A stretch of DNA of 62,465 nucleotides, the filler included, from Collodictyon triciliatum (Eukaryota), in NCBI GenBank assembly GCA_043381765.1. It is 5 parts of 5 records of this genome, joined end to end, with 100 filler letters (N's around TTAATTAATTAA, not from the genome) between each part and the next. Parts side by side here need not be neighbours in the genome. Positions count along the whole stretch, not along the records: positions 26,257 to 39,285 come from JBHJMP010002064.1; positions 39,386 to 52,427 come from JBHJMP010002065.1; positions 52,528 to 62,465 come from JBHJMP010002155.1; 2 more parts are not named here. One strand, given 5' to 3'. Shown piece after piece: positions 35,430-57,409 of this stretch (position 1 is its first letter; each line of letters starts with the position of its first letter). The position numbers and the translations under genes are program-made. The notes beneath the pieces are model-generated. The model made no database searches. It saw nothing but the letters and a program-made list of their open reading frames with translations, and was not told where the DNA came from.

Positions 35430-36780
35430 TCATTCCACAGGATGAGTTTTTTGAGGGGACAACGGGTCACTTTCCTTGCGTTTCTTGCTGGGCGACTCTG
35501 ACAAAAAGCGGTACATCGTTCTTAGTCTGGTATTAGCGGAAGTGGCGCTTGACCGTCCCCTGGTTTCGGAACCATGCGTAGCTGGCAGTGGACTTCACCT
35601 AACCAGAATATGGATACGCGTTTGTGGTTTTAGAAACATACGCTCCTGCTTGTTCGGACTGTCTTTAGTGTATGATGTTCCAAGCTTGGATTCGACTTGT
35701 GCTGTTTGCTCTTGCTCCTTGGTTCTCGGCGCGACGGGCTGGGGCGGGGTAAACGGAATATCTTTGGTGGGCGCTGGTTCTTGTGTTGCCTTCGCTTTAG
35801 AGTATCCTTTCGGATATGTAACGAAGACTGCCTTGAGGCCTCCTATGTTAACCATATTCACGTCAGTCTGAATGGGTAGTTTAAGGAGGGATTCCTTTCG
35901 GGGTTTGTAGATGCGCTGCTCTTGGGTCTTGCGATGTGTGAGCTTGTCCAATGTTGGCGGAGGAGGGCTCGAGTGCGAGGATTCTGAAGAGGAACCGAGA
36001 TTTCCTTCCATGTCATCGCCGCTGTTGCTGTATGCGCGTATCTGCTGTGAGTCTTGCGGACTCTGTTGTTGCCTGGCCTTGGCTTCCTTGACCCGTTGCT
36101 GCTTGTCTGCTTGTCAGGTATATTCTTTTGCGGAGGTTTTACTTGTCGTTTGTTGCTCGCGGCTGGCGGACGCTCTTTGAGGATGCGCTTTGGACACTTT
36201 TTGCCATGACCGTAAACTTTGCAGGAGTTGGTTCTTGTGACAAAGAAGCTTCACCACGGCCGTGTCTGTGAAGAAGCCTTTGTCCTTTTTGATGTACACA
36301 TGCGTCGGTCTGAACGGCTTCAGCTCCTCACGAAGGAGTTGCGGCCACACGTCCAGCGGTAGTTGGTAGACACCACCGAGGTCTCTGTTCGTTTACTTCT
36401 GCTGAAACTGTTCGTAATATCAAACTTACCTGCTTCGGCTCCAGAAGCTTTCGGGCGTTTTCTGCAGTGCGGAAGGCAACCAGGCAAAGGCCTTCACTGT
36501 CCGGTAAGTGCAATTGGATGGACTCTTCCCAAAGTTTGTTCGCTTTCAAGAAGGAGGCGAGCGCATACGTGAGCCTGTGGGCCTTGTTCTTGTTGTAAAA
36601 TACCTGCTCGACCCCGTGCAAAAATACTCCGTTCATACAGACTTGCTGGTAGCTTCCTTGCACGGGTCTTCCTGGACTTACGTGCAACTCAGGTTTTTCT
36701 GCACCAATGTTGGAACCAGAAGAACCAGTCTGCTCATGAGGCCTTTGATGAGCATTGAGCCGAATTTACCCACCATGAAT
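35430..36780 (-). pseudogene. Degraded intronless ORF, possibly a LINE ORF1/gag-like relic
   Basis: Collinear ORF pieces 36687-36328, 36350-36114 and 36011-35595 are linked by a frameshift and in-frame TGAs. Includes RRM-like GLCLVAFRTAENARKLLE and a basic, low-complexity tail. GC-richer than its flanks. Confidence 0.4.
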
Positions 36781-36867
36781 CATTTAATTATTTCCATCAG
36801 AATTTCACCGTCCATTCCATAAAGTGATTTCCCTTTCCCTTTCCATTTCCCTTTTCTCTTCTCTTCT

Positions 36868-37078
36868 GTTTTTGTTTTTGTTTTTGTTTTTGTTTTTGTT
36901 TTTGTTTTTGTTTTTGTTTTTGTTTTTGTTTTTGTTTTTGTTTTTGTTTTTGTTTTTGTTTTTGTTTTTGTTTTTGTTTTTGTTTTTGTTTTTGTTTTTG
37001 TTTTTGTTTTTGTTTTTGTTTTTGTTTTTGTTTTTGTTTTTGTTTTTGTTTTTGTTTTTGTTTTTGTTCTTGCTTTTT
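36868..37078. repeat. (TTTTTG)n microsatellite
   Basis: Directly visible. Confidence 0.95.
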
Positions 37079-37244
37079 GTAATACAAAATTCGAATAAAG
37101 GGGGGAAATGAGTAAATTGTCTCGGGTACATCTTTTATGGTTCTACAAATTCATCGAATACAATCTGGAGTTAGAGGTATATGGTTTTTTTAAAAGGAAA
37201 ATGGATAAACTTTTTTTTAAGAAAATGGTAACTACAAGAAAAGA

Positions 37245-38108
37245 TCAGCTTTCAGTTACTTCTGGAGAGATATGAGTAAGTTTCTTGTCATCTCTATTAA
37301 AATTTTTCTGTAGTGGTGGTAGTTTGTTCTGCGGTCTAGAATACCTCTTTTGTGAGACCAGCTCTTTTGCATCCTTTTGTTGAAGTGGATTGAGTGGAAT
37401 TGAGTTTGTCTGGCAATCTTGAGAGTCCCTCTTCATAACTTCGTCATCTTGGATAGCTTGGCTAGTATCTGGTGATGATACATTCACAACATCAGGCGGG
37501 TGACTGTCAATGGCTGATGCGGATGAGACGTCCAAACCATGTTTCTGAGTCACCAGGGTACGATGTTGTTGTGTTTTCTGTGTTTGTACAGCAGAGACTA
37601 GGTCATTCAGACGCAAATTCATCAACTCGTCAACTTGTTTCTCAACCTCTGACCTGATGATTCCTGGTAACTGTTGGACTAAGACCTTTTCAATTTGGGA
37701 GTCTATAATCTTTCGCATGTCAGAATGGTTCATGGTAGAAAATTGCACATTGTCACTCGGGGCGACACAACACCGCTCACTCTCTTTCGCTATCTCATCA
37801 TGATTTTGCTCCAAATTATTAGTATTTGCTGGGAGGTCTTTCCCATTGGTAGCCAGTTGATTGCCATCTAAGCTCCCTGAGCGCTTCATTTCTTTACTAG
37901 TTTCACCATCCTTTGTCTGTATCCCACTAAGCTCTGCGGTGTCTCCAATCCTGGAGGTCGCCTTCTTTTGTCTTCGCCTCCACAGCAAGTACACAATTAA
38001 GCCCAAGAACACAGTCACGGCGACGGTAATTCCTACCCAAGCCACCAAACTTGTGAAAGAAATACTGCCATTGTTGTCTGCCTTCAACGTATCCCTCTGG
38101 ATTCCCAT
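37245..38108 (-). CDS. Single-pass membrane protein of unknown function; 5' end uncertain
   Basis: 287-aa ORF with a TM helix (VAWVGITVAVTVFLGLIVYLLW), a basic stop-transfer RRRQKK and a disordered tail. Confidence 0.7.
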   Translation of the reverse strand: MGIQRDTLKADNNGSISFTSLVAWVGITVAVTVFLGLIVYLLWRRRQKKATSRIGDTAELSGIQTKDGETSKEMKRSGSLDGNQLATNGKDLPANTNNLEQNHDEIAKESERCCVAPSDNVQFSTMNHSDMRKIIDSQIEKVLVQQLPGIIRSEVEKQVDELMNLRLNDLVSAVQTQKTQQHRTLVTQKHGLDVSSASAIDSHPPDVVNVSSPDTSQAIQDDEVMKRDSQDCQTNSIPLNPLQQKDAKELVSQKRYSRPQNKLPPLQKNFNRDDKKLTHISPEVTES

Positions 38109-38449
38109 TTGTTGCGCCTCTTCTGTTCGTGTCCGCCTACGTGAATACGATCAGGTCAAAGGCACGTGTGTAGAAGAAGAAAAATGACTCCCGGTATGTG
38201 AATGCTTCGCTTTCGATGCACGCTTGCCACTTCCCCGTCCTTTTCCACCTGAGCAAGAGCTTTTCTGTATCGCTCATACATGGTCATCACCACTTACTCT
38301 TATTATTTTTTCAAGTTGGTTTATACAAGCTTTACCTTGTTTTTCTGTTGATTGTTGAGACGGGCTCAACAGCTAAGACTATTAGAATAAAAAAAAGTTT
38401 TCGTTTGTGAGCGTTCGGGTCGCAGGTGAAAAAGGAACCATGTGCTATA

Positions 38450-39035
38450 GGCAATAACATATGTTTTCTGTAATTATTATGTAGAAGATGAATTTGAACT
38501 GTTTGTTTGTTTGTTTGTTTGTTTGTTTGTTTGTTTGTTTGTTTGTTTGTTTGTTTGTTTGTTTGTTTGTTTGTTTGTTTGTTTGTTTGTTTGTTTATGT
38601 ATATTTGAATAAAAATCCCATAGATCGATCTATTCTATACCTCATATAATAATGTGAATGAATGTAGTGATCGCGCAGAGACAGAGTTGAGAGGAACAAG
38701 AAGTCACATTGAATAAGAAAATACCTCCTTTACTGGGGAATAAACACACTGAGAGAAAAGAAGAGCACATTCTCTGAAAAATAATCTTATTCCACTCGGG
38801 TTCTTTCCTTCTTCTCCCAACCCACCACATTCTAAAGCCGAAAAAAAAAAGCAAGCAAGCGATCGGAAAGAGGGATCCCGAGAAGGACGACAAAGCCAAC
38901 CCAGAGAGCGAAAAAGTCACTTGACCACATCCCTTGCAACACAGGTTATGCACCTAGACACGCCGACGATCAAAACGCCAGCTGCCACCAACCAGTGAGT
39001 ACAAAAATAATAAGATGGAGCGAGCTCTTTGAAAC

Positions 39036-39079
<44 letters not shown>

Positions 39080-39285
39080 TGAAGGTGAATAAAAAGACGG
39101 ATCAAGCTCTAACCATCGACCCACAGGTAGCAAGATAGGTATGATTATATTCCTCAGTATTAGTTGCTCTGATTCAATCATGCATTTCTTTTTCTTTATC
39201 TTTTTCTTTATCTTTTTCTTTTTCTTTTTCTTTTTCTTTTTCTTTTTCTTTTTCTTTTTCTTTTTCTTTTTCTTTTTCTTTTTCT
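38450..39285 (+). repeat. Dispersed duplicated segment, copy B, with (GTTT)n, (AAT)n and (CTTTTT)n expansions
   Basis: Homologous to the reverse complement of 18200-19000; encodes IPCNTGYAPR; lacks the ATG and ~63 bp present in copy A. Confidence 0.85.
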
Positions 39286-39385
39286 NNNNNNNNNNNNNNN
39301 NNNNNNNNNNNNNNNNNNNNNNNNNNNNNTTAATTAATTAANNNNNNNNNNNNNNNNNNNNNNNNNNNNNNNNNNNNNNNNNNNN
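39286..39385. other. Artificial contig-joining spacer
   Basis: 44N-TTAATTAATTAA-44N. Confidence 0.98.
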
Positions 39386-40486
39386 CGTGGTGAGGCCGAG
39401 GGTATCGTTGAGGGTGGGAGCCAGGGTTTCCTCAACTATTGGAATTTTCACTGTTGTTACTCTGGATGCCAATTAGGTATTTTTCAGGTGCTCCATAGAC
39501 GACAGCCAAGTCTTGGATTGCACCTTTCCTCGCGACATGTCTTTCGAGGATATTTGGGCCCGGTTAACATCTCTTTATGGGACAGATATTAAAGTTTACG
39601 CCATTCTTAAGCTGGTAAACTCCGGATATCTAACTTTTAGTATTTATATTTTCCATCGTCTATCCTATTCTTGTTGATCCACAGGCTAGTACTTAATTTG
39701 ATTTGATGTGATTGCATTGTATTTGGTATAGGAAAAGGTCTTGATAACTGGGAATGAAAAGTTTAAGGAAATTGTAGATTCCTATGCAATTGGTATGGAT
39801 CGATATCTCAACGTTGAAATTGTACGACATTTTGACGAAGGTAACACGGAATCTATATACTTTCGCTGATTATTTTTCGTTAAAAAAAAAAAAACAATTG
39901 AACAGAAGATTGCTCATGATGGCAACAAAATTTTATCTAGGAGAAGAAAGCATATTGCAAGAGGAGGAAAACTTTGTGATTCTTATTTTCATGAACATTC
40001 ATAATTTACATATATTTATATCATGTATATGCTCATCTTGGATGTCGATTTCCCACAAAATATTAATTATACTGTATCAGATCCCTGTCACGTGTATTAT
40101 CAATGGGGACCAAACACGCATGCTTTTACCACCCAACTGCGCCTTTCTGGATTTATCAAATCGTATCTTCATGCTTACCATGCAAGAGTTTCAGGTTTTC
40201 CTTAACTGTACTTTGTATTTCTATTAAATTATTATTATTTTTACCCGAAAAAAATTCACAATTACTTTACAACTCCTCGTCTCTGTGATTGCTTTCCCTG
40301 CAACCTCAACTCGCCCATATCCAGGTGGATGGCTCGCTCGGTGATAATCTCAATCTTTATCCCATCTCTGATGATGACTCTCTCCAAAGACTCTTGGAAC
40401 ACTACCACAAAAACCCAAAGATTAAACTTAAGTTCTTTGTCCAGTTGGAAGGTTTTCCTCAAACCCGTTCAAACATGAGCCTATAA
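39386..40486 (+). CDS. Hypothetical multi-exon protein, 5'-partial, possibly with PB1/ubiquitin-like folds
   Basis: GT-AG bounded exons read CTFPRDMSFEDIWARLTSLYGTDIKVYAILKL, EKVLITGNEKFKEIVD, and finally LYPISDDDSLQRLLEHY..KLKFFVQ...*. Confidence 0.5.
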
Positions 40487-41119
40487 GCTCGATCATCATA
40501 TCCTTAAAATATTCTCCATCCGATTCTTCAAATGACTTTAACAACCTGCTTATTTATGTCAGGGTAGCTTCTTTTTTTTTTTTTTTTCTTCCTTAGAGTC
40601 TTTTCTATTTACCCTTTGTGTTTTCTTCTAAAACTCCACTAATTAATAAATCACCAAAAGATACCTAGGCACGCCCGAAAGCGCCACTGGTGATTTATGA
40701 ATACTGCTATCCTGCTAGCATATAAAAATTGTGTCATTCTCAGCAAATCACCGAAAGCCTTAATATTCTATCTGTGTTTTATCCCAACTACCGTGGGAGC
40801 GAAGAAAAAAATAAACATGCCTTTCAGGACTCCTCAATGATTGTCATGTTCATCATGGACACTATTATGATTATGATCATGATTATTCCAAACAAAGACA
40901 GGAGAAACTAGGTACATTAACGCATATTTCGAGCGCAGAAGTATGTTCCTGCCAATTTATGCCTTTTTTGAATAGATTTGATTGTCAACATGAATATGGG
41001 CAACACAACCCGAGCAACAAGAAAAACACTCTTCATGCAAAAAATGAAAAAAAAAATTAATAAAATGAAATGCTGCAAAAAGATATTGCTGAGAATTGCT
41101 GCCAGTCTTGCGCGGCACC

Positions 41120-43311
<2,192 letters not shown>

Positions 43312-43910
43312 GGTGATAAGGCCTCTTCCTGCGTTCCTTCTGCTCTATTTCTCCCTTTTTTTCTTCTTTTTTTCTTCTTTTTCTTCTTTTTCTTCTTTTT
43401 CTTCTTTTTCTTCTTTTTCTTCTTTTTCTTCTTTTTTTTTCTTCTCCTCCTCTGAGCTGGCAATACTCCTAAAAGAAAAGGGGATCGTCAAGAATGGTTC
43501 TCTTTCGCCATGTCCTTTTCAATATTATGTACAGAGGGCTTCTGTGGGCGGTAGAGAACACATGAAGCAGCCCAGCCAGTAGATCCACGCGGCTCTCTGC
43601 GCAGACAACCCATCAGCCTGTCTTTGGACGTGAAGAAGGGAAGAAAATAGCAAGAATACAGAAGAGTAACTTAAAATCGACTCTTTCTTCGAAATTTGAT
43701 TGTGAAACAAAAAAAAATATTAGCAGCATTGGCAATAATTGAAACTCATAAAACAAAGAAAAAAGCGTAAGAACCCACAAAAAAAAAAAAAAAAAAAGAG
43801 AAAACCAACAGGAGGATGAAAAATAAAGACATAAAGATTGAATACTACCACACAAAAAACCTGCGCAGGAAAAACACAGCACAAATAAGAAGACACCCTT
43901 TTCTCTGCAG

Positions 43911-51026
<7,116 letters not shown>

Positions 51027-51482
51027 CTCATTGCGTGCGATATGGACGATTGATGCTCGTGGTCCAATCTTCTTGATTATATGTTCTTGTAATAAGACAA
51101 GAAAACCACCCAAAGAAACTGTTCTTGTCCTCTGTCACTTTCTATTCACGGCCGGCTGCTTCCAACTCTGGCCCTTATCTACAGTACCAACTATCCTTTG
51201 GCTATTTCATTTCTTGAATAAAAACTATTGTCGCGCTGTTTTGCTCACAAACAACTCTGGTACTTTTTCTTTTTTTTTTAAAAAAAAACATACGAATATA
51301 TGGTGTTTTACAATATTTTGTCATTTTTTCGGCGTTCTTGTTCAGTTCTTGGTGAGTTCTTGGTGGGTTCTTGGTTTTTTGTGGCTTTTTTTCTGGGGGT
51401 TTTTAAAGGTCTTTATGGGGATTTTATGGGGGGGTTTTTTTTTATACTTTGATTCCGTTTATAAATAAAAGCCCAAGTTGTG

Positions 51483-52181
51483 ATGGAGCTTCTCATTGGG
51501 TGCGTGGGAAAACCTTCCGCTGGTAAAAGCACGTTTCTGAATGCAGCAACTGATGCAAACGCCAAAGTTGGTTAGTAACAAAGTCTATTCTTTCGTGTAA
51601 CGATAGCTTTTCATTGTTGACATATTTATCTTCGTATATTGTATTCGTCTATTATAACTATATTTTTTTTTTTATTCTTCCTTTCAATTTTGTGCAGGAT
51701 GGTGAAGATGTTGGCATTATAACTATATTTTAATTACTACACTCAAGCTCATTTTACTTTCACTTCTTTGTAAACCATTGTATAAATCAACATTATTATT
51801 ATTATTTTTATCGAACGAGACAGGGAGCTACCCTTTCACAACTATCGATCCAAATCATGGGGTTACGTATTATCCTATTGACTGCCCTTGCAAAAAGTAT
51901 CGCATGAGTCATCAAATTATAATAAACTTTATTTTGAACTATATCTGTTATTCATATATTTATATTATTGCTATTATTTCAAAGGTTTGGAAAGGTAGCT
52001 TACTGCAGTCCCCGCTATGGTATTTATTCATTCGAGATAAAGCATCATAGCCATCAAAGGGGAGTCTCAATAGGTTAAGTTTCATGTGTTCACCAAATGG
52101 AGTCAATTTGAATAGGTTGGTGCGATGAAGGAACACGCTATGTACCAGTGAAAATGATAGACGTGGCAGGTTTAATCCCGG
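51483..52181 (+). CDS. Obg-family GTPase, YGR210 (archaeal YchF-like) subfamily, 3'-partial
   Basis: MELLIGCVGKPSAGKSTFLNAATDANAKVG|SYPFTTIDPNHGV..CPCKK|..CSPRYG|..RYVPVKMIDVAGLIPG: G1, G2 and G3 motifs plus the Cys insert. Confidence 0.9.
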
Positions 52182-52239
52182 GTGAGAAATTACATAGTTT
52201 TGAACAAAATATCCATCACCCCTATAATTTTTCTTACGA

Positions 52240-52427
52240 TTATTATTATTGTTATTATTGGTATCGTCATTGTTTTTGTTTTTGTTATTGTTTTTGTTAT
52301 TGTTATTGTTATTGTTTTTGTTTTTGTTATTGTTTTTGTTATTGTTTTTGTTATTGTTTTTGTTATTGTTTTTGTTATTGTTTTTGTTATTGTTTTTGTT
52401 ATTGTTTTTGTTATTATTATTATTATT
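52240..52427. repeat. (TTGTTA/TTGTTT)n repeat at a contig end
   Basis: Directly visible. Confidence 0.9.
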
Positions 52428-52527
52428 NNNNNNNNNNNNNNNNNNNNNNNNNNNNNNNNNNNNNNNNNNNNTTAATTAATTAANNNNNNNNNNNNNNNNN
52501 NNNNNNNNNNNNNNNNNNNNNNNNNNN
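52428..52527. other. Artificial contig-joining spacer
   Basis: 44N-TTAATTAATTAA-44N. Confidence 0.98.
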
Positions 52528-52670
52528 ATTAAAAAACACTCTAGAGTTGTTTTTTTTTTATTTTAAAAAAAAAAGAGGTTTTCTTTTTTTTTTTTTTTTT
52601 ATCCCCCCCCCCCCCCCCCCCCCCCCCTCCTTTTTCTCTCTTCCCCAATGATATTTATATGCTGTATCTA

Positions 52671-55600
52671 GGGAATATTGTGTACAAGGCATCTTCGAGT
52701 GACGAGGAAGCCTTAGTTCAAGCTGCATGTGAAGCTGGGTACAAGCTGGCTTCGGTAAGATTTCAGTGCCCTAGTGTTTGATGGATAGAGATATTCGAGT
52801 AAACGTTTAACATTGCCTACCTTCGAATAAAATATCAGAGGTCACCCCAAAAAATCGAGGTTGATATTCATGGTATTGTGTACGAGTTTAAAATTTTGGA
52901 GATTTGCTACTTCGATTCCATGCGGAAAATGATGACAATAATCGTTCAAAACCCACGCAACCAAATTATTGCGTATACCAAAGGAGCGGACTCATCGATT
53001 TTTAACACCATAAAGGTGATTTGTGCTACACATTTTCTGGAAATCGTTTCCCTTTTGTGCAAAATATTGTATGAAACATTTACTTAATTTCGTTCATGTC
53101 TAATTAGGAGGACGAAGTGAATGACCAAATGAAGCTACGATGCAAGGAACAAGTCTCTGTATTTGCATCTGAAGGTTCCTTTCTTTCATCATATAATTTT
53201 TCTTATCTCCACCATCCTGCACAAAATTGAAAGGAAGAATAAAAAAAAAATCATATAATTTTTCTTCTCGCACTATTTTTTATTTTGATTGAATATATTT
53301 GTGTATAATTATGTCATTACTGGATTTATTTTCGCTATTCTTTTTCACTACATTCATCATCACACCACAAGATTCTTTTGCAGCTGTTCGTTTATTTTAC
53401 AGATTGCCAACATGTTACTATTTTTGAAAATAGGATTTCGAACTCTTTGTATTTCCTACAAAACTCTTTCGGAAGAGGATTTTCAATCATGGAAAGATTA
53501 CATGATGAAAGCCAAAGCTTCCATCGTTAACAGAGAACAGAAGGTAACTAGTTCATCAAATTCAATACTTTAGCCACCACCAACTATACCATAGTTAATA
53601 CTCGATTCTCATGAATTAATTCGTGGGTGAAATAATTTCAAGCTGGCAGCAGGATACCAAAGAATAGAGAAAGAGATGAATATATTAGGTTGGATTCAAT
53701 TTTAAAGAAATGTGTAGAAAATTCATCGAAACAGATTTTGTCTGTTCACTCTTTTTTTTCAGTTGTTTCGGTGTTGACATATATTCTTTTTCAACCAACA
53801 GGAGTTACAGCCATTGAAGACAGATTACAACAAAATGTTCCTGAAACCTTAGCAAGTCTTTTTGAGGTAGTTTGCAAGATTTTGCTTGGTTCTTTTCAAA
53901 TCGACCTTTGCCAAAAAAAAATAAAATAAAATAAAATAAAATAAAATAAAATAAAATAAAATAAAATAAAATAAAATAAAATAAAATAAAATAAAATAAA
54001 ATAAAACAAATACATTTCGTGCCTGGATTTACATTTAGAAAAAACAAACAGAAATACCTAGTTAATTGTTTTCTTTTTCATGGTCATATAGAACTATATA
54101 TTTTCAGGCTTGATGATTACTGCGTACAATTATAATTAAACAAAATCTAATTAAATCACTTCATGACTAGGCCAATATCAAAGTCTGGATGCTTACAGGT
54201 GACAAACTAGAGACGGCTATCAATATAGGGAATTTTAGTCGATTCATCTCTTCCGGCACACAAACGCATATAAGTAGGCCTACGAATTTTCATTTTTTAA
54301 TCTAGTTTCTCAATTCGCTCATTTTTATTTAATTTACATAGGTTTTCTGAAATTTTGATATTAAAATTATTAATGTCTGATTATTTTTTTTTTTTAAAAA
54401 AAAACTCCAACTTAGTATCCGGAACGAGCCAAGATGAGGTTGAAATGTCTTTGGTCTCGTTGGAAGAAATATTTAACTTGCGCAATGAGAACGAAAGTGC
54501 CCATGAAGGGAGAATAAGCAAGGCATCAAATTTCTCCGATATTCTTCAAGGACAAGACCCAGGCTCGAAGAAGCTCAGCATTGGCACAACATACGCAGAA
54601 ACACCGAGAATGAGCATGGAAGATGGCACACTCAATATCGAGGATAATGGTGTGAATATATGCCTTTCCCTCCCCCTTTATTCGATTCAAAGGGTGTGAA
54701 TAAATGACTTAATTCATACATCTCTTTTCAATATTGCCTTTATCATCAAATCTAATCATTTCACTAGTATGTGTCATCCAAATCATCATATTATTCGGCT
54801 TAAAAGAATTTTAAAATGAACTTTTAATTCATCTCTATAAAACTTTTTCCTTTACTCGATTCGAAGAAATGAGTCTCAATACTATTTTCTAATAGGTGCT
54901 GTATTTGGTCCAAGAAATGTTCAAAAACCTGATGGGCAATACAGACTTAGCTTAGACTTGTTTGTATCACACTATTTTTTCTCTTAATCCTATTTATGAT
55001 TGTTCAGTCATATATTATGTCATATTTTGTTTACTTTATGAAATGACTTTAGTGGACCCCAACAAGACGGTGACTCACTTGCGGTAATCCCCTTTTGATA
55101 CATATAAAAATGGCAACATCGGGATACTAAAATAGCCTTCTTGGTTTAAAGAAGTCAAAACTCATTTGATATATCACTTAGGAAACGGTCATAGTTATCA
55201 GCGGTGAATCTCTTGTGCATATATTAAGTAGATTTAAGGTATCTGCTTTTTGGTCCATTTTCTTTTTTCTGTCCTGCATATGTCTCCTTCTGGATGGTAA
55301 ATATATAACCATTATCTAGAAATCTTAATCATGATTAAAACCTTATGCTTTAAAAAAATGAAGGCCAGATTTTTTGATGTCTCAAAAAGATGCAAAGGGG
55401 TGATTTGCTGCCGTATGTCACCCTTACAAAAGGTTGAATTTACTTTTATATTGTATTTTTCAATGGTGCGACCCTGGTTACAGTTTATTCCTGCGGCAAT
55501 ATAGGCTTTAGTAGTCCGCCTGGTACGCGAAAGTCACGGTTACCCAGTCTGCCTTTCTATTGGAGATGGAGGAAACGATGTCAGGTTGTGGACATCTAAA

Positions 55601-57377
55601 ACATGTGGCAATCTATGTGACCAAATATTAAATTTTAAAATAACAGGTATTCATAAATACCCGGTTTAGTTACTTAAAAAAAATAATCATACACTAGCAT
55701 GATTCAAGAAGCTGACGTGGGTGTAGGTGTGGTTGGAAATGAGGGAAGACAGGCAGTAAGGGCAGCAGATTATGGAATAGCTCAATTTCGGTGGTTTTTT
55801 TTTTACAACATCACGCTACAAAATTTCATTTCGTACTATCTGGTTTAGAAGAATTCAACTGCCTTCAAAAAAAAAAAGAAAGAATTTTAATGTCATAGAT
55901 TCAGTTTGGTTCTTAATTTTCCTTGTAAACCTATAATCTCGTGTTCTTGGGCAGATTTTTATCGAAATTAATTTTGGTGCATGGGAGATGGTCCTATCGT
56001 CGCATGATTTTTCTTATCCAATATTCATACTACAAAAATTGCACATTTGTTATACCTACGATTTGTTTTGCATTTCAGTCCGCATTTGCAGGACAGGTAT
56101 TTTTCTTCTCTTGGTTTTGCATATTGTGTATGTATGTATGTATGTATGTATGTATGTATGTATGTATGTATGTATGTATGTATGTATGTATGTATGTATG
56201 TATGTATGTATGTATGTATGTATGTATGTGCAAGAATATAAATGCCATTTTTTTTTAAAATAAAAACGAACAGCTATGTGGCATATTGCACATAATGTTA
56301 ACTTTTTATAGACCCTCATTGATCCGTTCGTGATGATGTTTTATAACATATGCTACACATCACTGCCTATATTTCTAGCTTCTGTTCTCGAAAAAGACTT
56401 GGTGCGGTACTCCCAATGCATTATAAGTTTAATAGCTTACATTGTTTAGATACCATTATTCTTAGTTTTTATCCAGCATGTCTGTTCTTATCAAATCAAA
56501 TTCGCATACTAGTCTAAAGAAATTTTGCTGGAGAAGCCTCGTCTATATAGCTGGATACAAGAAGGAAATGAGTTTAGTCGAAAAGTTTGCCTTGATTCAG
56601 TCTTGACTGAAATATGCATATATTTTTTTCATAACTACAATCATAGTCATAACAGTGATGTTAATAAGCTCTCTCACTCTTATCCTTTCAATAAAATCGA
56701 GATAGACTCTATCTTACTGGCTTGGATGCTCACTCTGGCATGGAATAGTGATATATATGGGGACTTTATATATATTTCAGAATGACTTGTACCTACCAGA
56801 AGGAAAAGTTTGACAAAAATATCTTGACAAAAAAAAATTCCTTGATGTACATGTCATATATAAATCTATCGCTTATATATATATATATATCCTAGAATCC
56901 AAATCTTTGGGTATTTGGAACAATCATAGCGAGCTTTTCGGTAATCACAGTAACCATGAAGTTTGTTTTGGAAAGTCTGTGAGTATTCAAAATTTCCCCC
57001 ATTTTCTCTTTTTTTTTAACCCCCCCCCCCCAGCAGAATTTAAATAGTACAATATTTCATTTTAAATCAACACTATTGTTTATCAAGTAGCTGCTATTCA
57101 GAATGATTGATCGCATTTGTTCATGACTACCTAGATATTGGACAAAATATAACATGCTGGCTATTATTGTGTCCGTCTCGTCATTTTTTATTTTGGTTAC
57201 GATTCAATGCTCTATTTCATTTATTGAGCCATCCGATATGTATGGCGTTGTCTGTATCCAATTTTAACATAAAATATATCATAGTTCGCATTAGTATATC
57301 AGCTTCCACAGGATGAATATTAATCGTCCTGAATAATTTTATTTGCTTTATTTTATATCATTATTATGTTATTATTG

Positions 57378-57409
<32 letters not shown>

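Noticed and set aside
36797-37131. QKQK/NKNK/FLFL ORFs, and similar ones at 4472, 52148, 56047, 57503 and 58513
   Set aside because: Translations of microsatellites
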